A stretch of DNA of 51,279 nt, filler included, from Bipalium vagum (taxonomy: Eukaryota), in the NCBI GenBank assembly GCA_037834085.1. It is 3 parts of 3 records of this genome, joined end to end, with 100 filler letters (N's around TTAATTAATTAA, not from the genome) between each part and the next. Parts side by side here need not be neighbours in the genome. Positions count along the whole stretch, not along the records: positions 35,120 to 51,279 come from JBBMKC010124540.1; 2 more parts are not named here. One strand, given 5' to 3'. The notes beneath the pieces are model-generated. The model searched no databases. It was not told the origin of the DNA and was given only the letters and a program-made list of their open reading frames with translations. Below are positions 36,489 to 50,679 of the stretch, one piece after another; the stretch's first letter is position 1, and every line of letters begins with the position of its first letter. The position numbers and the translations under genes are program-made.

Positions 36489-36910
36489 CAGTGGCCTTCA
36501 ACCTAGGCAGATAACTGGTTTTTTCGAAATATTGGGTGGGCGTTAGGAAGAATGAGATTGGTAATATTACCATTTTCCACATCTTATCTCGTAGAGTGTG
36601 GATTCAGTGCAGTACCTAATCTTCTCACCAAGCAAAGATACAATCTGGATATTGCTAAGAGGGGTAATTTGAAACTGTGTCTCACTCACCTGAAACCAGA
36701 TATTAAGTCCTTGGCATCAGAACATCAAGCACAGGGGTCTCATTAACTCTTTCAACTACTATACTAGTTGTAGATGTTGAACTCTTTTGTCAATAAACAT
36801 TATAATAATAATTTTAATAAATTTTTTAAAGTTTGGATGGGAGATAGATTTTTTATAGATGGGAATGTAGCAGAAGTGGGCGTTAGGCTAAAAAAGGTTG
36901 AAGGCCACTG
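36489..36910 (+). mobile_element. Non-autonomous hAT (Buster/Charlie-type) element, 422 bp
   Basis: Perfect 16-bp TIRs cagtggccttcaacct; 8-bp TSD cattaaat/cattagat (NNNTANNN); internal ORF LPFSTSYLVECGFSAV...LTKQR...HQAQGSH* is a hAT C-terminal dimerisation region. Confidence 0.95.
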
Positions 36911-37127
36911 CATTAGATCATGTATTTTTTAAAAATTATTAATAAATTTGAGCATTACTGAAGAAATCTAAATTTAGATACATTTACCATACCTGTTTAT
37001 CTGATGTTAATTTTGTATGAAAATTAACACGAAAGTACAGCTTGCACAAATGTTACTTTTATTTTAATGATTAAAATATTTTTTTATAAGGAAAACAAAT
37101 ATAAATTTTTTTACACTAATGTTAAAT

Positions 37128-38337
37128 AATGTGCATTAATTCTGTTTTGAAAGTAAAATAAGCAATAACGTTAGATATATTTGTAACAAGTCAAAATAAT
37201 AATTTGTTTTAAATTTCTGATTATCTAATTTATTGCTTATAGGTTTAGAAATACTACTTGTTTAAATAAACTTTTTTAGAACACACAATAAACCCATAGA
37301 TCAAAATTACAGATCTGTAATTTTAGATATGTAGTAATGTTTTTATTCGATAAAGCGGAAATCAGTAGCAGAAGAGCATCAAATGTTTGAAAAAATATAT
37401 ATGCTGACGAGGCTCCGTTGTTGTCAAACTGCAAATACCAGATTTAAACCAAGGAATTCGATTTGAATGTTCAGAAAATACAAAGCCAGCTAAAGAAGTT
37501 TGAAAATAGTGAATTGCAGGATTTGCTAAAGGACAACCCCGGTGAAACAGAGAAACAGTTAAGTATGACACAAAACACACATAGATCGATAATTTCCAGA
37601 TGTTTACATGACCTAGGAAAAAGTCAAAAAGAGGGAAAATGTTTACCTGATAATTTAAGTTAAATTAATATCCGTAATCACTTAAGAACGGCCACATATT
37701 TACTTGACAGAGAGAGAAAAAATTATTCCTTTGGTGAATTGTTACAGGCAGTAAACAATAAATTTATTTCATATTTCTAAACGAAGAAATCCTTTCTTGA
37801 TTCTGATTAGATATCAACCTCCATCACAAAGTGTAATAATTATTACAAGAAAGTTATGGTTTGTATTTCGTGGAATATGAAAAGTGTCGAGTACCATGAA
37901 CTTTTGAAATTGAAGGAAAAAGTTACGATGAAACTATATCAACAACAACTATAAAGATTAAATGGTGAATTGATTAAAACAAGACCTATAATGGCCAGTA
38001 TGTCATTCTTTTGCTTGACAATGCATAACAAAATCTTCTTCAAACGTCAAGGAAATACTGTTAGACTTGCAAGAGGAAATACTTCCGCACCCAACGTACT
38101 CTCCAGATAGAGCTCCATGAAACTCAATTATTCAGATCAATTGCACATTCTCTGGAAAATATATACAATTTAATTCGTACGAATATGTTCAAGATTGGGT
38201 GTCCAATCGGATATTTTCTAAAGAAAATTCATTTTCGCTGCTGAATATCCATATCCATACCTTGATTTTTATGTGTTTATCATAAAATAAATATTAAAAA
38301 TTTTTTAAAAATTCTAAAATTAATGCACCCTCATTAT
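37128..38337 (+). mobile_element. Near full-length degenerate mariner, mauritiana(Mos1)-like
   Basis: KKFENSELQDLLKDNPGETEKQL...LHDLGKSQKEGKCLP, KKVMVCISWNMKSVEYHELL, ILPHPTYSPDRAP; gtgcattaatt / aattaatgcac TIR cores. Confidence 0.85.
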
Positions 38338-39114
38338 ATAATTCTTAGTCAAGTTTCTGCACATTAATATAATTATTTCTATTATCTTTTAATTGATAAA
38401 TAATTTTTTTTCTGTAGCAGTTTAGTGTATTTTTAAAATATTTTTTCATTTTATCAATGTTTGGATAAAATTATTATATCAAGATTTATTTAATTCTAAT
38501 TTTATTTTATATAATTCAGAAATTTTCCATTTAAATTCCTTAATATTCCTACTTTAATTAAGCAATCAATTATTTCTAAAGAGATTTTTATTCCTGAAAC
38601 AATAATAGATCAAATAAAACCTTAAAGAAAGATATTTCTCAGATGTTTGTGATATTATATATTTCACATATTTATTTTTTAAAATCTGATAATAAATCGT
38701 CTATAATATAAAATAAAATACAAAAATATAATATTTCACTTTGATATTTAAATTTTCATTTATTATCTTTTTAAAATGTAAAATATAAAAATATATAATG
38801 TAGAATAAAGTATAAATTATAAATGCTGCCAAATGTACTTAAAAATAAAGATGAAAAAGTAAAACAAAAATGGCAACTAATATTGAAACAAAGAATAAAT
38901 TCTTAACATATTTTATATAATCTTTACTCAAGCAATGTAAGTTAAAGAAGAAAAAATGATAAAAGATTATTTTCCTATTAAATTTTTAAAGCTCAGAACG
39001 TAATATTTAAAATTAAATGCAATTTTATTTCATTATTTTGTTTATATTTTTAATATAAATTATTTTATTATTTCTATAAATTAAAAAAACAAACAATTAA
39101 AATAGACAAACATA

Positions 39115-39712
39115 CACAACAGGTCAAAAGTATTAGGTCGGTACAAACAATTTTATATATAACACGAAGAGATCATATTCGTAAGGATCTACATTTTCAA
39201 AACAAGCTTATTCAGATTATACAAGATTTACGTTAGTTTGTAAATTTCAAACGCAATTTTTAATTTGATATAAGTTAATGATTTCATAAACTAAAAAGTA
39301 AGTGAATGTCGAAATTTGAAATACGATTGTTTCTTAACTTTTGCATATACTTGTAGATTCCACTATAGTTTTATATTATGTTTCATGTTGCATTTAATTC
39401 AAGACATTACTATTACACATTAAGAAAATTGTCATTGTTTCATTACATAGATTAATCTTTTTAGTAAAGTGAATTTTTTGAAATAATTTGTGAGCATCTG
39501 CCATAAAAATATAAATATTTTTAGACAAATGGTCAAAATGAGAAAATTAACAATAACAGAACAAGAAAGAATTCTGCTTTATCATGAAGAGGGTTACTCT
39601 CAAGTTCAAATTTCTCAGAAAATGAAAATATCTAGTTTTTGCGTGCAATGGACACTTCACAGATTTGAAGATCAACGATAAATGAAGACAAACAGCAATG
39701 TGGGAGACCTCT
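39115..39712 (+). mobile_element. Tc1-like 5' end (TIR and paired-like HTH)
   Basis: TA-cacaacaggtcaaaagtattagg; MVKMRKLTITEQERILLYHEEGYSQVQISQKMKISSFCVQWTLHRF...CGRP. Confidence 0.8.
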
Positions 39713-39849
39713 CCATGAAAATGAATATTTATACATCTTCAATGATTATTTACAGAATATAAGTAATAAGGCTAAAAAGTATTTAGACTCTACCAAAAAT
39801 ATTAAAGATACTTAATAAAATTTTGCACATAAAATACTAATCATACATA

Positions 39850-39880
39850 CACTACCGTCCATAAGTTTAATCGCACCTGA
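39850..39880. mobile_element. Orphan Tc1-like TIR
   Basis: TA-cactaccgtccataagtttaatcgcacc; no partner found. Confidence 0.4.
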
Positions 39881-40439
39881 AAGAATTTGATTCATGTGGT
39901 TTTAAAACTTAAAAAATGATATAGACAAATTTACATTAATATATGGTAGTTATATTATAAGCCAAGATATATTATCAATTTTTATGACGCCAGTATTAAT
40001 AAAACATAAGTGATATATAATAAGTTATAAAAAATTTATATAAAATTATTTATCACATTAAACAATCCGATAACATTATTATAGCTATGTTTATTATCAA
40101 AATGTCTATGCAAGCCTTTAAGAGTGTTTTATAATGGAAATTAAACAACACTTACTGAATTTAGCCTTAATTAAAATCTTTTGAAAATAACTTATAAAAA
40201 TTTGAAAACAAATATTGATTATATTTTAAAAATCCATTTCAATTCAATAAATAATTTTTCAAAATGCCCAGAAGCAAGGAATTAAGCTTAGAAAGAAATG
40301 TATGAAATATACAATTAGTTGTAATAATAAGTAGGAATAGTAATAGTAATGGTACTACTACTACTAATAATAATAATAATAAAAAAAATTATAATAATAA
40401 GAGAAGAAATAATAATGAAAAACATTTATAATTTCCTCT

Positions 40440-40727
40440 CAAAGTGCTTAATGGTAATCGAATTTGCAATAAGAAGCTCTAGGTTTCTTTTCTACAAGAA
40501 GTGATAATATTTTCCAAAGTTGGTCATAGTAATTTATTTCGCAAATTTTTTATAATTTAAAAGTTGACTTTAGAAAAAAAATTGTGTTGTAACACAGTTA
40601 TTCCGAGATTCAACACGAAATCTTATAAACAAAATGTCAACATATTATAATTTCAGACAACCTCTTATAATAAGATTGCTAATCAAAGAATGACAATTGC
40701 ATTCCTGTTATTTTTGACTCACCCTCG
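40440..40727 (-). mobile_element. Mariner terminus relic
   Basis: Reverse complement begins TA-cgagggtgagtcaaaaataac, a typical mariner TIR; the other boundary is a guess. Confidence 0.55.
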
Positions 40728-42194
40728 TATTCATTAAGTTGATTAAAATAACCGCTTTCTGTTCTATAAGAATGGTTGTAAATAATGTTTATTATATCGT
40801 GATTAAACAAAATTATTTTCTTTTTACATTGTTCATTGTAAATATATATATATATATATTTTCTTTTTTGCGTATTTAATTAATATTAGGTTTGATTCTT
40901 TTTCCCTAAAATAAGCAGCCTTGTTTTTGAACCAAATGTTCTTTTTGTTGCTCAATTATTTGCAGGCCCAAAGATATAGAGACTGTCTGTAAATGAAAAA
41001 TTTTTTTTCATTATTTCTATAGAAATGACTTTTTTCTTTTCCTTTTTAATGTTTTTACTAAGTGAAATAAAATAATATAAAATAATAATAGTAATAAATT
41101 AGACGACATAGTTAAGCTTAATTTTAATGAAAATATATTAAGTATTTTATTTGTGCATTATATTAATAAACAGTTTACTTTGGGGAAAACTTCATTATTA
41201 TTTATTCATGAAATAACTAATATATTATTATGGAAATAATGAAATAATTACTAACTCAAATTGAAAATTTCCCTTTCTTAAGAATTAATGTCAACCAACT
41301 CATTACTCTGCAAATGTCACAAATTACTACTGAGGTAATTATCCCTTAATGGGAAAAGATGATTTATTTGAAGTCAAAGAAATCATTTGAATAAATTAAA
41401 AATATTAAAAAGCCAATTTTAAATTTTCCCCTTTATTTATATTCAATAAATGGGATAATTTATAGTTTTAGTAAAATCGAAAATTTTAAATTGACTTAAT
41501 TATTTTTCTTGCATTAATTAAATATTAAAATAATAACAAAAAGGAAAACGAATCAACTTTCAATTATTGCAAATTATCAGCAATGCTTGAAAATTTTATT
41601 CATCAAAGATTAAAACAAATGAAAATATAAATATTGAAAAAGAAGAAAACATATTATTACTCTTGAAAATCAAAGCAAATCAAAATAATAATAGTTTTAG
41701 ATGTCAATATTATTTTTTCTGATTTAAACAAAACAAGATCAATAGGATTTAGTTTGAGAAATTTTATCAAGCTTTACGAAAAGTTTTTTTTGTCACAAGT
41801 AAAATAGTTCAGTAAACTTTATTAATCTTTTCAATGAATTTTTCAGATATAAGCTGTATGATTTTTTTTTTCAAGAAAAAATATTCTATTAATGACACAT
41901 AGAACTTATGAAAAATAACTGATTCTTTGAATTTTTATTTATTAATTTAAATTATTTTAAAATAAGAAGATTTACAGATCACATATAATGGGATATAATT
42001 TTTTAAAAATTTCCGTTTTAAAATAAATTAAAAAATAAATCAAAATTGAAATATGATGATATTAAATTAATAACAGTAGATATTAACAAAAATAATATTT
42101 ATTTAATTTAATGAAAATTAGATTATATCAAATTAAGATAATAAATTTTAAAAATTAAATAATAAAATAATAAGATTATAAAAAAATAAAGCAA

Positions 42195-42231
42195 TAAAAT
42201 AATAAAATAATAAAATAATAAAATAAAATAA
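42195..42231. repeat. Short A-rich tandem repeat (aaaataat/aataa)n
   Basis: Directly visible. Confidence 0.7.
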
Positions 42232-45200
42232 TTATCAAGATTATACCACAGTTAATGAATCAATTATTACTTAATAAAATAATACAATTTATTGAATTTT
42301 CATTATCAGGTTTTATGATACATAAAATTTTATTAAAAAAATTAATTAATTAAATTTTTTGAAAAAATGTTTACGATTGGATTTGAATTTTTTGATAATT
42401 TTTTTCAAAGAAAATTCAGTATCATGTAGAAGAGAAAAGAAAAAATTACGTTGTCATTTTTCACTTCATCGATTTTCTCCGAACTAGCAGATTTTTTATT
42501 ATTGCTGAAGAAAGAATCCTGTCGAGAATTCATGTAAACTGGTATTATTTTGTGGCGAGGTAAATGCGACTGAGCTGAACATAATGGGTAAATATTTAAA
42601 AATAAATGCTAATATCAATGGTAATAATAATAATCAAATCATGTCACTTTCGTTTCCGAAGAGATGGTAGCCGATATACGGTGATTTCTGGAAAAGATTG
42701 ATGAATTTAATGAGATCCTATCAACAAATTAGTATGAAGTGGGAATGGGGTTTTTCTAATTTTTACACATGTTACAGGGAGAGTGTAATTGATAAGTCTA
42801 TGACCAATTAATAACCTTTCATGTTTGACTAATAAAGCTGATGTTTCTCACCATTATCTAAATTATCATTATAATTTTAATTATCGGGCTTTTTCCTGAT
42901 CCTGTATATTCCTTTTTCTGGAAATCAGATTTCCATCGTAATTGTGTGAAATAATAAAAGGAAATCGTTTTGCAATTGTAGACTTGATAGGAAAAAAATT
43001 CGCATCAATTATTTTTCATTTTTTTAATATATAAATAAATAGATACATATATTTCCAACCCATTCGTCTATATTTAACATTTTTAATGTGAAATTAATTT
43101 ATATTACAGATTTAAATGATTATTGATTAAAATGAGCTTTATAAAATGGAAAGTGTGTTGTAACTGAATCATCTCCTTGGACTGAGCAAATCTTCCTCAC
43201 TATCTCCAAATCATTTTTTACATTTGCGGTAATAAAATAACATAAGATTCCTAAAATGCATTTTATTTTGTTCCATTTTAAAATAATATTAAATAATCTA
43301 AATTATTTTCGATTTAAATATCTATCAATAAATTGAAGCGTTTAAACAATAAGTTTCATAAAAATGTATAGATATTTATGTTTATTCAAGATTTATAACT
43401 CTTTTTGATATTAAAAGACAATTGTATAAAAATATTACAATCTAATATTTATTATTATATTTAATATTTCTGAAATATAAGTAAAGAAAAATAATATTCA
43501 GTTTTAATGTTGTTTGATTAATTCTTAGAAAATAAAAATTTCCCTATTATACATGTATAATCATAATTTTTTCGAAATTCACAAAATTCAAATGAAGACA
43601 TGGCCTAAATCATGATTCCTTAAGGATCAAGGGAAAACTAACAGTTTTTGTCTATCCAAAAGTCCTTACCATCAAAACTTTGCATGGAACTGATAATTAT
43701 TTTCTCAATAATTCTCAGCTTTTCTTGTGAAAAGAAATTTTTTTTTCAATATTACAACTATTAATAAATAATTTTTTTATTTTTAGCTTTTTAATAATAT
43801 ATATTAATAATAAATAATTATTTATTATTATTTTAGTTATAATTAATAATAATTAGAATTAGAATTTTAAAGTGCAAAAATAGTGCAAAATAGATTTTAA
43901 AAAGTGCAATTCTTTCGTTAAATAGGTGCTGAAAAGGTGCAAAACGAAATTTTAAAAAAATATTATTAATAATTAATAAATATTTTTTTCTAACTGTTCA
44001 TTAATTAAAACTGTTCAAAGCTTTCTGTATATCTTTAGAATGTTTGTGTGTATCATTACCATTAGCAATTTTTAATAATTAAATTAAAAATGAAAAAATA
44101 ATAGTGGTGAGTTAATGAAGGCATATCCGATTTTAGAATAGTTGAAATATTACTGATAAAAATTGTAAGTAGACTTATACATGAAAATATAAAATTTTAA
44201 ATGATCTTAATTGAATACAATTACAAAGGTAAAAATCCAATTAATTATCCACTCATTTGCAATAAATAATTAAAAATATCAACAAATTTAAGTTTTAGTG
44301 GAAATGAATGAAAGGTTTAGATTAATTTTATTTTTGATATCACTTTGCATTGGAAATAAAATAAATGATAATTGCTTTATTATAATTCAAATATACAATA
44401 ATAGCAGTTGAACCAAGCTTATAAATATAAACAAGGGTAATTGATATTTGTAATATCAATAAATAAACCAATTAAGATATTCCCATTTTTGTTTAAATCG
44501 ATAATGTTTTAATTCATAAATTAACACTGTAATAAATGCGTTTAAGTTAATTTCATTTCGACCTTTCGAAGCTTTTCCTTTAATCAAACATTTATTTCAG
44601 TTTACTCAAATTTTAATGATTTTTCTAATTATTTTTCGGAAAAAATAAATAAAATGGTACTCTTTTGTTTATGTGTAATCTTGTTGAAACTACCAAGTAT
44701 TTCTAATCAGTTTTTAGTGTTATCTGAATAATAAATAATCTTTTATTACTTCTTTGTGATTTGTAAGTGTACCCTTACACAAATTGATGAAAATATTTAA
44801 AACTTTTTGTAAATAAGAGAAACCTTCATTGAATCTAAATTCATTATTTCGGCTGATAGTAAATTTTTCTTTTATCAGACTTCTTTTTTTAGAATATTCT
44901 CTTATAGAATTTCTTAAAATCATCCTTAGAAGTTTTTTGACCATTATGTGGTGAAATCACTTTTTCTTGGTTGATTAAAACATTATTTTTGACCTTTAAT
45001 GTTTTACGATCCTTGTAATACAATTCAATTATGTGCTGATCTCAATCACAAAATTATTTTCATTTATAGGTTATAAGTAGATGTGCTTTAGGTAACGTTA
45101 TAAAATCGTAATCATAATCATTATAGAAATATCTAAATTTCAGGTTATATTTTCACTGTTAAAAATTTGTCCATAAATTTGTCCACTTGATTTCTTCAAT

Positions 45201-45559
45201 TTCTGCTTTAACTATTAAAATGATACTGTTCTGTAAAATTCGCCATTATATTTAGTTTCCTTAACGTTCTTCTGATTGAGATCCATTATCACGAGTTGTT
45301 TAATAATGAAAATATTACCTTCAATAATATGAACTATAAAACGATGGGTTATTACTAATTAGAAACGGAAGTGCTTTTCAATTACGTCTTCACTGTAGGG
45401 ATAATATCGATGACTCAGCAATAGCGTAACGTTGTCTTAACTTCAATTTGTTTGATGGAGAATAGTTTAAGCTGTTAAAAATATCTATATTGCAACAATA
45501 ACATGTTTGAAATCTTTCTGATTCAGTTTTCTGCACATCTATCCTCAAACTATTTACTA

Positions 45560-46340
45560 TAGTAAGAAAAATAATAAATTCTAACCAAGAAGATTTGTAC
45601 CTTGATAAGTTTTACACGTTAAATAGTTAGTCCCCATATTTCCGATGATTTTAGGATTTTGAAAATGATTTTTTTGACAATAGCAGTGCGGGGAGGAGTT
45701 CCATCTTAAAAGCTGCATAAGATCTCGTTACTAAAACACCACCTTTCCTCTAACTGTGGAATGACATGATCATGGTGGTGAAAAATGGCTCAATAACAGA
45801 TTTTTGAATACGAAAAAAAATTATTGTCGAGGAAAACAGGAATCTCAATTATTTGCACATACGATTTGCCTGCAGTCTAACAGCAATTATTTTACCTGTT
45901 TGGAAAGGCATTAATAGGAAAATTTGACTCGTCGCTTTACCAGATATTGTTCAGGAACGTTTCATCGTTCTCAACTTTTGAAAGAAAATTTTGATAAATT
46001 GATAGTCAGCTCATTTGGCTAGTTTCAGATAGGACTTGACAAACTTATAATTTATAAGAATAAAGTTTTAATTCATGCCGTCATAATCTCCAAACAGCTG
46101 TTTGCGGCACGCCAGTTATCTTGCCAATAGAAGTTGCAGACGTTAAAAGCGATTGACTTTACCATGTCTCTCATTTCTGAAAATTGTCTTCGTCCACTTC
46201 GCGGTTTATCATAAAATGTCCCTTATTTCTTAAATATTGTAACTAGTGTGCCCACAGTATGATGATCAGGCAAGTGCAGCTGTGTTTTAATATTCCGTGA
46301 AGTTCAAAATTGTCGAATATTTTGTTCCATAGATTCACCT
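45560..46340 (-). mobile_element. maT/rosa-like (DD37D-DD41D group) transposase relic
   Basis: PDHHTVGTLVTIFKK*GTFYDKPRSGR, ENDETFLNNIW*SDESNF, VIEPFF, F*DGTPP. Confidence 0.75.
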
Positions 46341-49047
46341 TTGAGAAGATTTTAATTTATTTAAAAATCCGCGCTATCGATTTATTTAAATAAAACATAA
46401 GAATAGTAGATTAATTTTCCTCTCAATTAACACAGTATGGTACTTCTATGTATATTAAATTATTTTGAAATAACTGTTGTAATGTATTTATTGTTATGAT
46501 TTTAGTTTTTCAGCTATTTGTTTTATCTTTGTTGCTCTTTTAATATCCAATAAAGATTTTAACATTAATTTCCGCAGCTCTTTGAAACATGGTATGTTGA
46601 GTTGGAAATTCTCAAAACCTTCATATATTAATCTTTTATTGATTTACAGAAAAATAAATCAAATTAAAAAATGTGATTTGTAAAATCTAAAAATAGTTTA
46701 ATTATTGATCTCTAACGGTGTCGGTTACATTTAACAATAAAATGTTAAAAATAGATAGGAATAATTGCCAATAGATTCAAGTGATTATGCTCTATTTATG
46801 TTGAGACACCAGATGTATATTAAGATATTTTAAAATAAATAAATAAATAATTATTCGATGACAAGTTTTATATAGTTTTTTTCTAGTAAAACTATATATA
46901 TTTATTAAAAAAATAAATTAAGCAACAATGTAATTTTTTATATATATTTAAATTCATCATTTTGAATCGATTTTACAGGAAATAAATAAAAAATTACATA
47001 GAAATAGGATTAACAATAATATTTTGGATTTATGGGTCCTAATTGCATAGATATTAAATTGAGATCGCAACATACGAAATTACATGTAGTGATTTCCTAA
47101 TGAGATAATTGATTTTGGATAAGAACAGTGCGGATATGGGGTTTAATGCGCTCTTACTACTAATGTATTTTTTTAAAAAAATAAGATTGTGTAATATTTA
47201 TTATTTTTTATTTTTATAATAAATTAAAAAAAGATATCAAACCCTGGGTTTTTTTAAACATAAAACAACCTTTGCAATCTTCATCGAATCGATTTCCAGA
47301 TCATGGAAAAAATCAGTTATATTATTACATATAATAAAAGTTATATTTTTAAAATAATATAAATTATAAAAGTAAAAAAATCTATATTAAAAAACTTCTT
47401 TTTACCAAACTGAAACTGTCATATTTTTTAAAACTTGGAACTTAGAATTTCTTTGGAACAAATTTTCCTTAAATCTTTATTGACGTATTATTGACTTTTC
47501 ACAAAGTTCTGTATAGGTTATTTTTTTAACAAGAAAATGTTTGCATTATAAATATATAATTTTTTACAATATTTTTCTTTAGTCTGAAAATATTTTTTTA
47601 TCAGTCTGATAAAAATAGATTTTGTAGTTACATTTTACTGGTTTTTATACAGTTTTTCTTATTCTATTTTTTATTTCAGGGTTCTAATTAGAAAAACGTT
47701 TAATTAGAAATATACCTACCAATTCAAATGGCCTTTACTTTGAAATATAATATAATATAATTTTTGTTTTATCTTGATTTTATTTTAAATAATAAACGAA
47801 ATTACTTATGAATCGCTGTAATATTTCAAATGGAACAGTGATGGAAAACGAGGAATGACCCTTTCCATTAACACCAGACCTCATCACAATTATTTTTTCT
47901 TATATTGATGATATTAGTAGGTTTTGATTAAAAAATGTTAGATTATGATCTCCCATCATGGTTCCCTAGTTTAATATTAATAAATATAAATAAATTAAAT
48001 TAAAATTCATTTTAGTCTTAATTTGCTAGTCGATTTCTTATAAAATATAAAAGTATTGATAATTGTTTATATTTGTTAGTTACTGCGACGTTATCAACAG
48101 TTTCTGAATTAATAAACTTAAGATTTGGTAAAATTTTTATTCGAAGAAAATAATTGTTTAGTTTATATGAGTGTCTTCCTTTAATCTTTTATTTAAACAA
48201 ATTAAATACCTGAAAATTTTATCAAAATTAATTTAATTATTTAATATTTAAATAAGACCTATAAATTTATAAAAATTATTAAAAAACTTATTATACATTA
48301 AGGATTAAATTTTAATATATATTTTAAAAATATTTATGATTTATTATTGGTTATTTAATATTAATTAAAATTTAATCCTTTCAATATTAATATTAATTTA
48401 ACAGTAAAATAAATTATTAAAATTAATAATCAATAAAATTATCCATATGAATAATTCTAAAATTAATAGACAAAAAAATTTATAGAAAACAAAGTATTTT
48501 TTGATCAAATTTCTCAACGTTTTCGTTATCTAGTTCTCTATAAAATTAAATTAAAAGTAAAATTAAAAAATTAAATTAATTCTTGAACCAAAATGAAATA
48601 TGAATATTGCGATTGAAAAATAAGATGAAGCGAATAATTAAAGTGAATTAATTCGAAATGAAATTTTATTTTGTTTTTATCAACAACAATTGTTGATAAA
48701 GTTAATTTTACTTAATTACTTAATAATAATAAGCACTTAGTAATAACTAAAATTAATATTAATGTAAATTAAAATTTTTATTTAAATTAATTGAAAAAAA
48801 TAAATGACACCTTAAGTAAATGTTAGAACGAAGATAAAATAATAAGTGCTCTCCAAGTTCTTAAAGTCTCTGAAAGATTGGAAGATAAATGATATATTTA
48901 TATTCATTCATATTTAATAATTACTATATTTTTAAAAAAATTATTGAAATTGCGATATATAAATTAAAGTAAAGACTGCGAGAACAGTTTGTGCAATCAG
49001 TTATTTGAAAAAAACAACTAAAGTACATAATTTTTTTTCAAAATAAT

Positions 49048-49950
49048 CATATAAATTCACACACCTTTGCATGCGATCTAATCAATTTTCGAAGCATTTC
49101 TTCAAATAACGAAGTTAGAATTTCAGATATTAATACTTTAAATATTTCAATAGCTGTTTTTGACGACAAAAAACAGTCACCATTTAATTTCTTTTTTGAT
49201 AGATAGAAATAAAATGAAGTCAATATGTGGTAAATGAAATGTTTACGAACTGTCATTAATTCTAAATTTTTCGTGGTTGCGAAATCAATGGTATGAGATC
49301 TGGGGTTGTTATGAAGAAGAATAGTTTGTAGATTTCGATTGTTCTCTCTAATTTTAAAGATAAAATTTTGGTAAGTTATCTGTTTTTTACAAATTATAAA
49401 AATAATCATTGATAGTATCTCTAAAGATATCGTCTCCACATGACCTTTTGATAAGTTTGTGGTTTGAAAAGTATTTTGGAGCTTGGTCTTGACTTATCCA
49501 TTGCAAAAAGCTATTAAAGCTGTCATATAGAAACGCATTTCATAATACGCTCAAAATACGGCTTACTTATTTTTTTGAATAGAAGTAACAAGCACCCTTC
49601 AAAATGAAGACTTGTTTTTCATTCAAATCACCAGGCATCAATTTTCACACTATTTTATCTTTTCTCAGTGAATTTGAGAATCTGCTGAATGACCACGTAG
49701 AACTGTTCTACGATCTTTCCACTTGTTATCACTATCTATTTATTACTGTCCACTGAAAAATAACACCATATAGATTCCTCATGAGCATAGCTTTCATCTT
49801 CATCTCGAAAGCGTTGAAATCATCGATAAAAAGGCATGTTAATTTGCTGTGCCGCGATCGAATGCACCATTTTTATTTTGGCAAACTTCTGTAGCTTCAA
49901 AACTTTTTTGAGTTCATAAAGATAAATGCCTCTTAGGAGTATCTTATTCA
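49048..49950 (-). mobile_element. Degenerate mariner, cecropia-like
   Basis: IYLYELK, GAFDRGTAN, QWISQDQAPKYFS, ILLHNNPRSH. The 130-aa ORF here is transposase debris. Confidence 0.75.
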
Positions 49951-50679
49951 AATTTGAAATTTTCACCAAAAATTTATAATATTTAAACAATTTTTATATT
50001 TTAATTGAAATACAATTACTTGATATACTATTATATAAAATATTTATTATTTAATTTAATAAAGTTCATTGAGATTAATTTGTTTGACGATTTAAATAAA
50101 TGTTTAAATTACGATTTTATAATTAGAAATTTCCACGATGGGATTAAGCTCCTTATACAATAGTTTTATAATTAACTTTATTTGAAAAATATGACTTCTA
50201 GCACCATTAAAAAAAACATAAAACTTTTGGGCTTCAAAACTTGTCATTTTACTAATTATCATATAATCCAAAGTTCTAAAACAAAATATTTAAATTTATT
50301 AATAAAAATCGAAAGACTTATAATTCATAATAATTAAATTAACTGAAAGAGTAAGTCTTAATGAAATATATTATTAATAATTATAACTAAGAAAAGGAAA
50401 TAATTTTGTTATTCAATTAATTGAGTAAGAAGTACGAAATTTAATGAAGTGAATAATAATTAATTAAACTAAGAATGGAAAAGAAATTGAAAATTGGTTT
50501 TTTTGACGAATAGAAAATCTGTTTATTCATTCAAATGTTTAATCATTTTTAATTTATTATAATTAAAATTTGGAATATGTAATTTAATAAAAATTCTGCT
50601 AAAAATAATTTTTTTATTTTTCCTATATTATAATATATTATTTCTTATTTTTATTTAGTATTATTATCGACGTCGAATA

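Noticed and set aside
44640-45300. Possible transposase relic including the 74-aa minus-strand ORF
   Set aside because: No motif was clear enough to assign.
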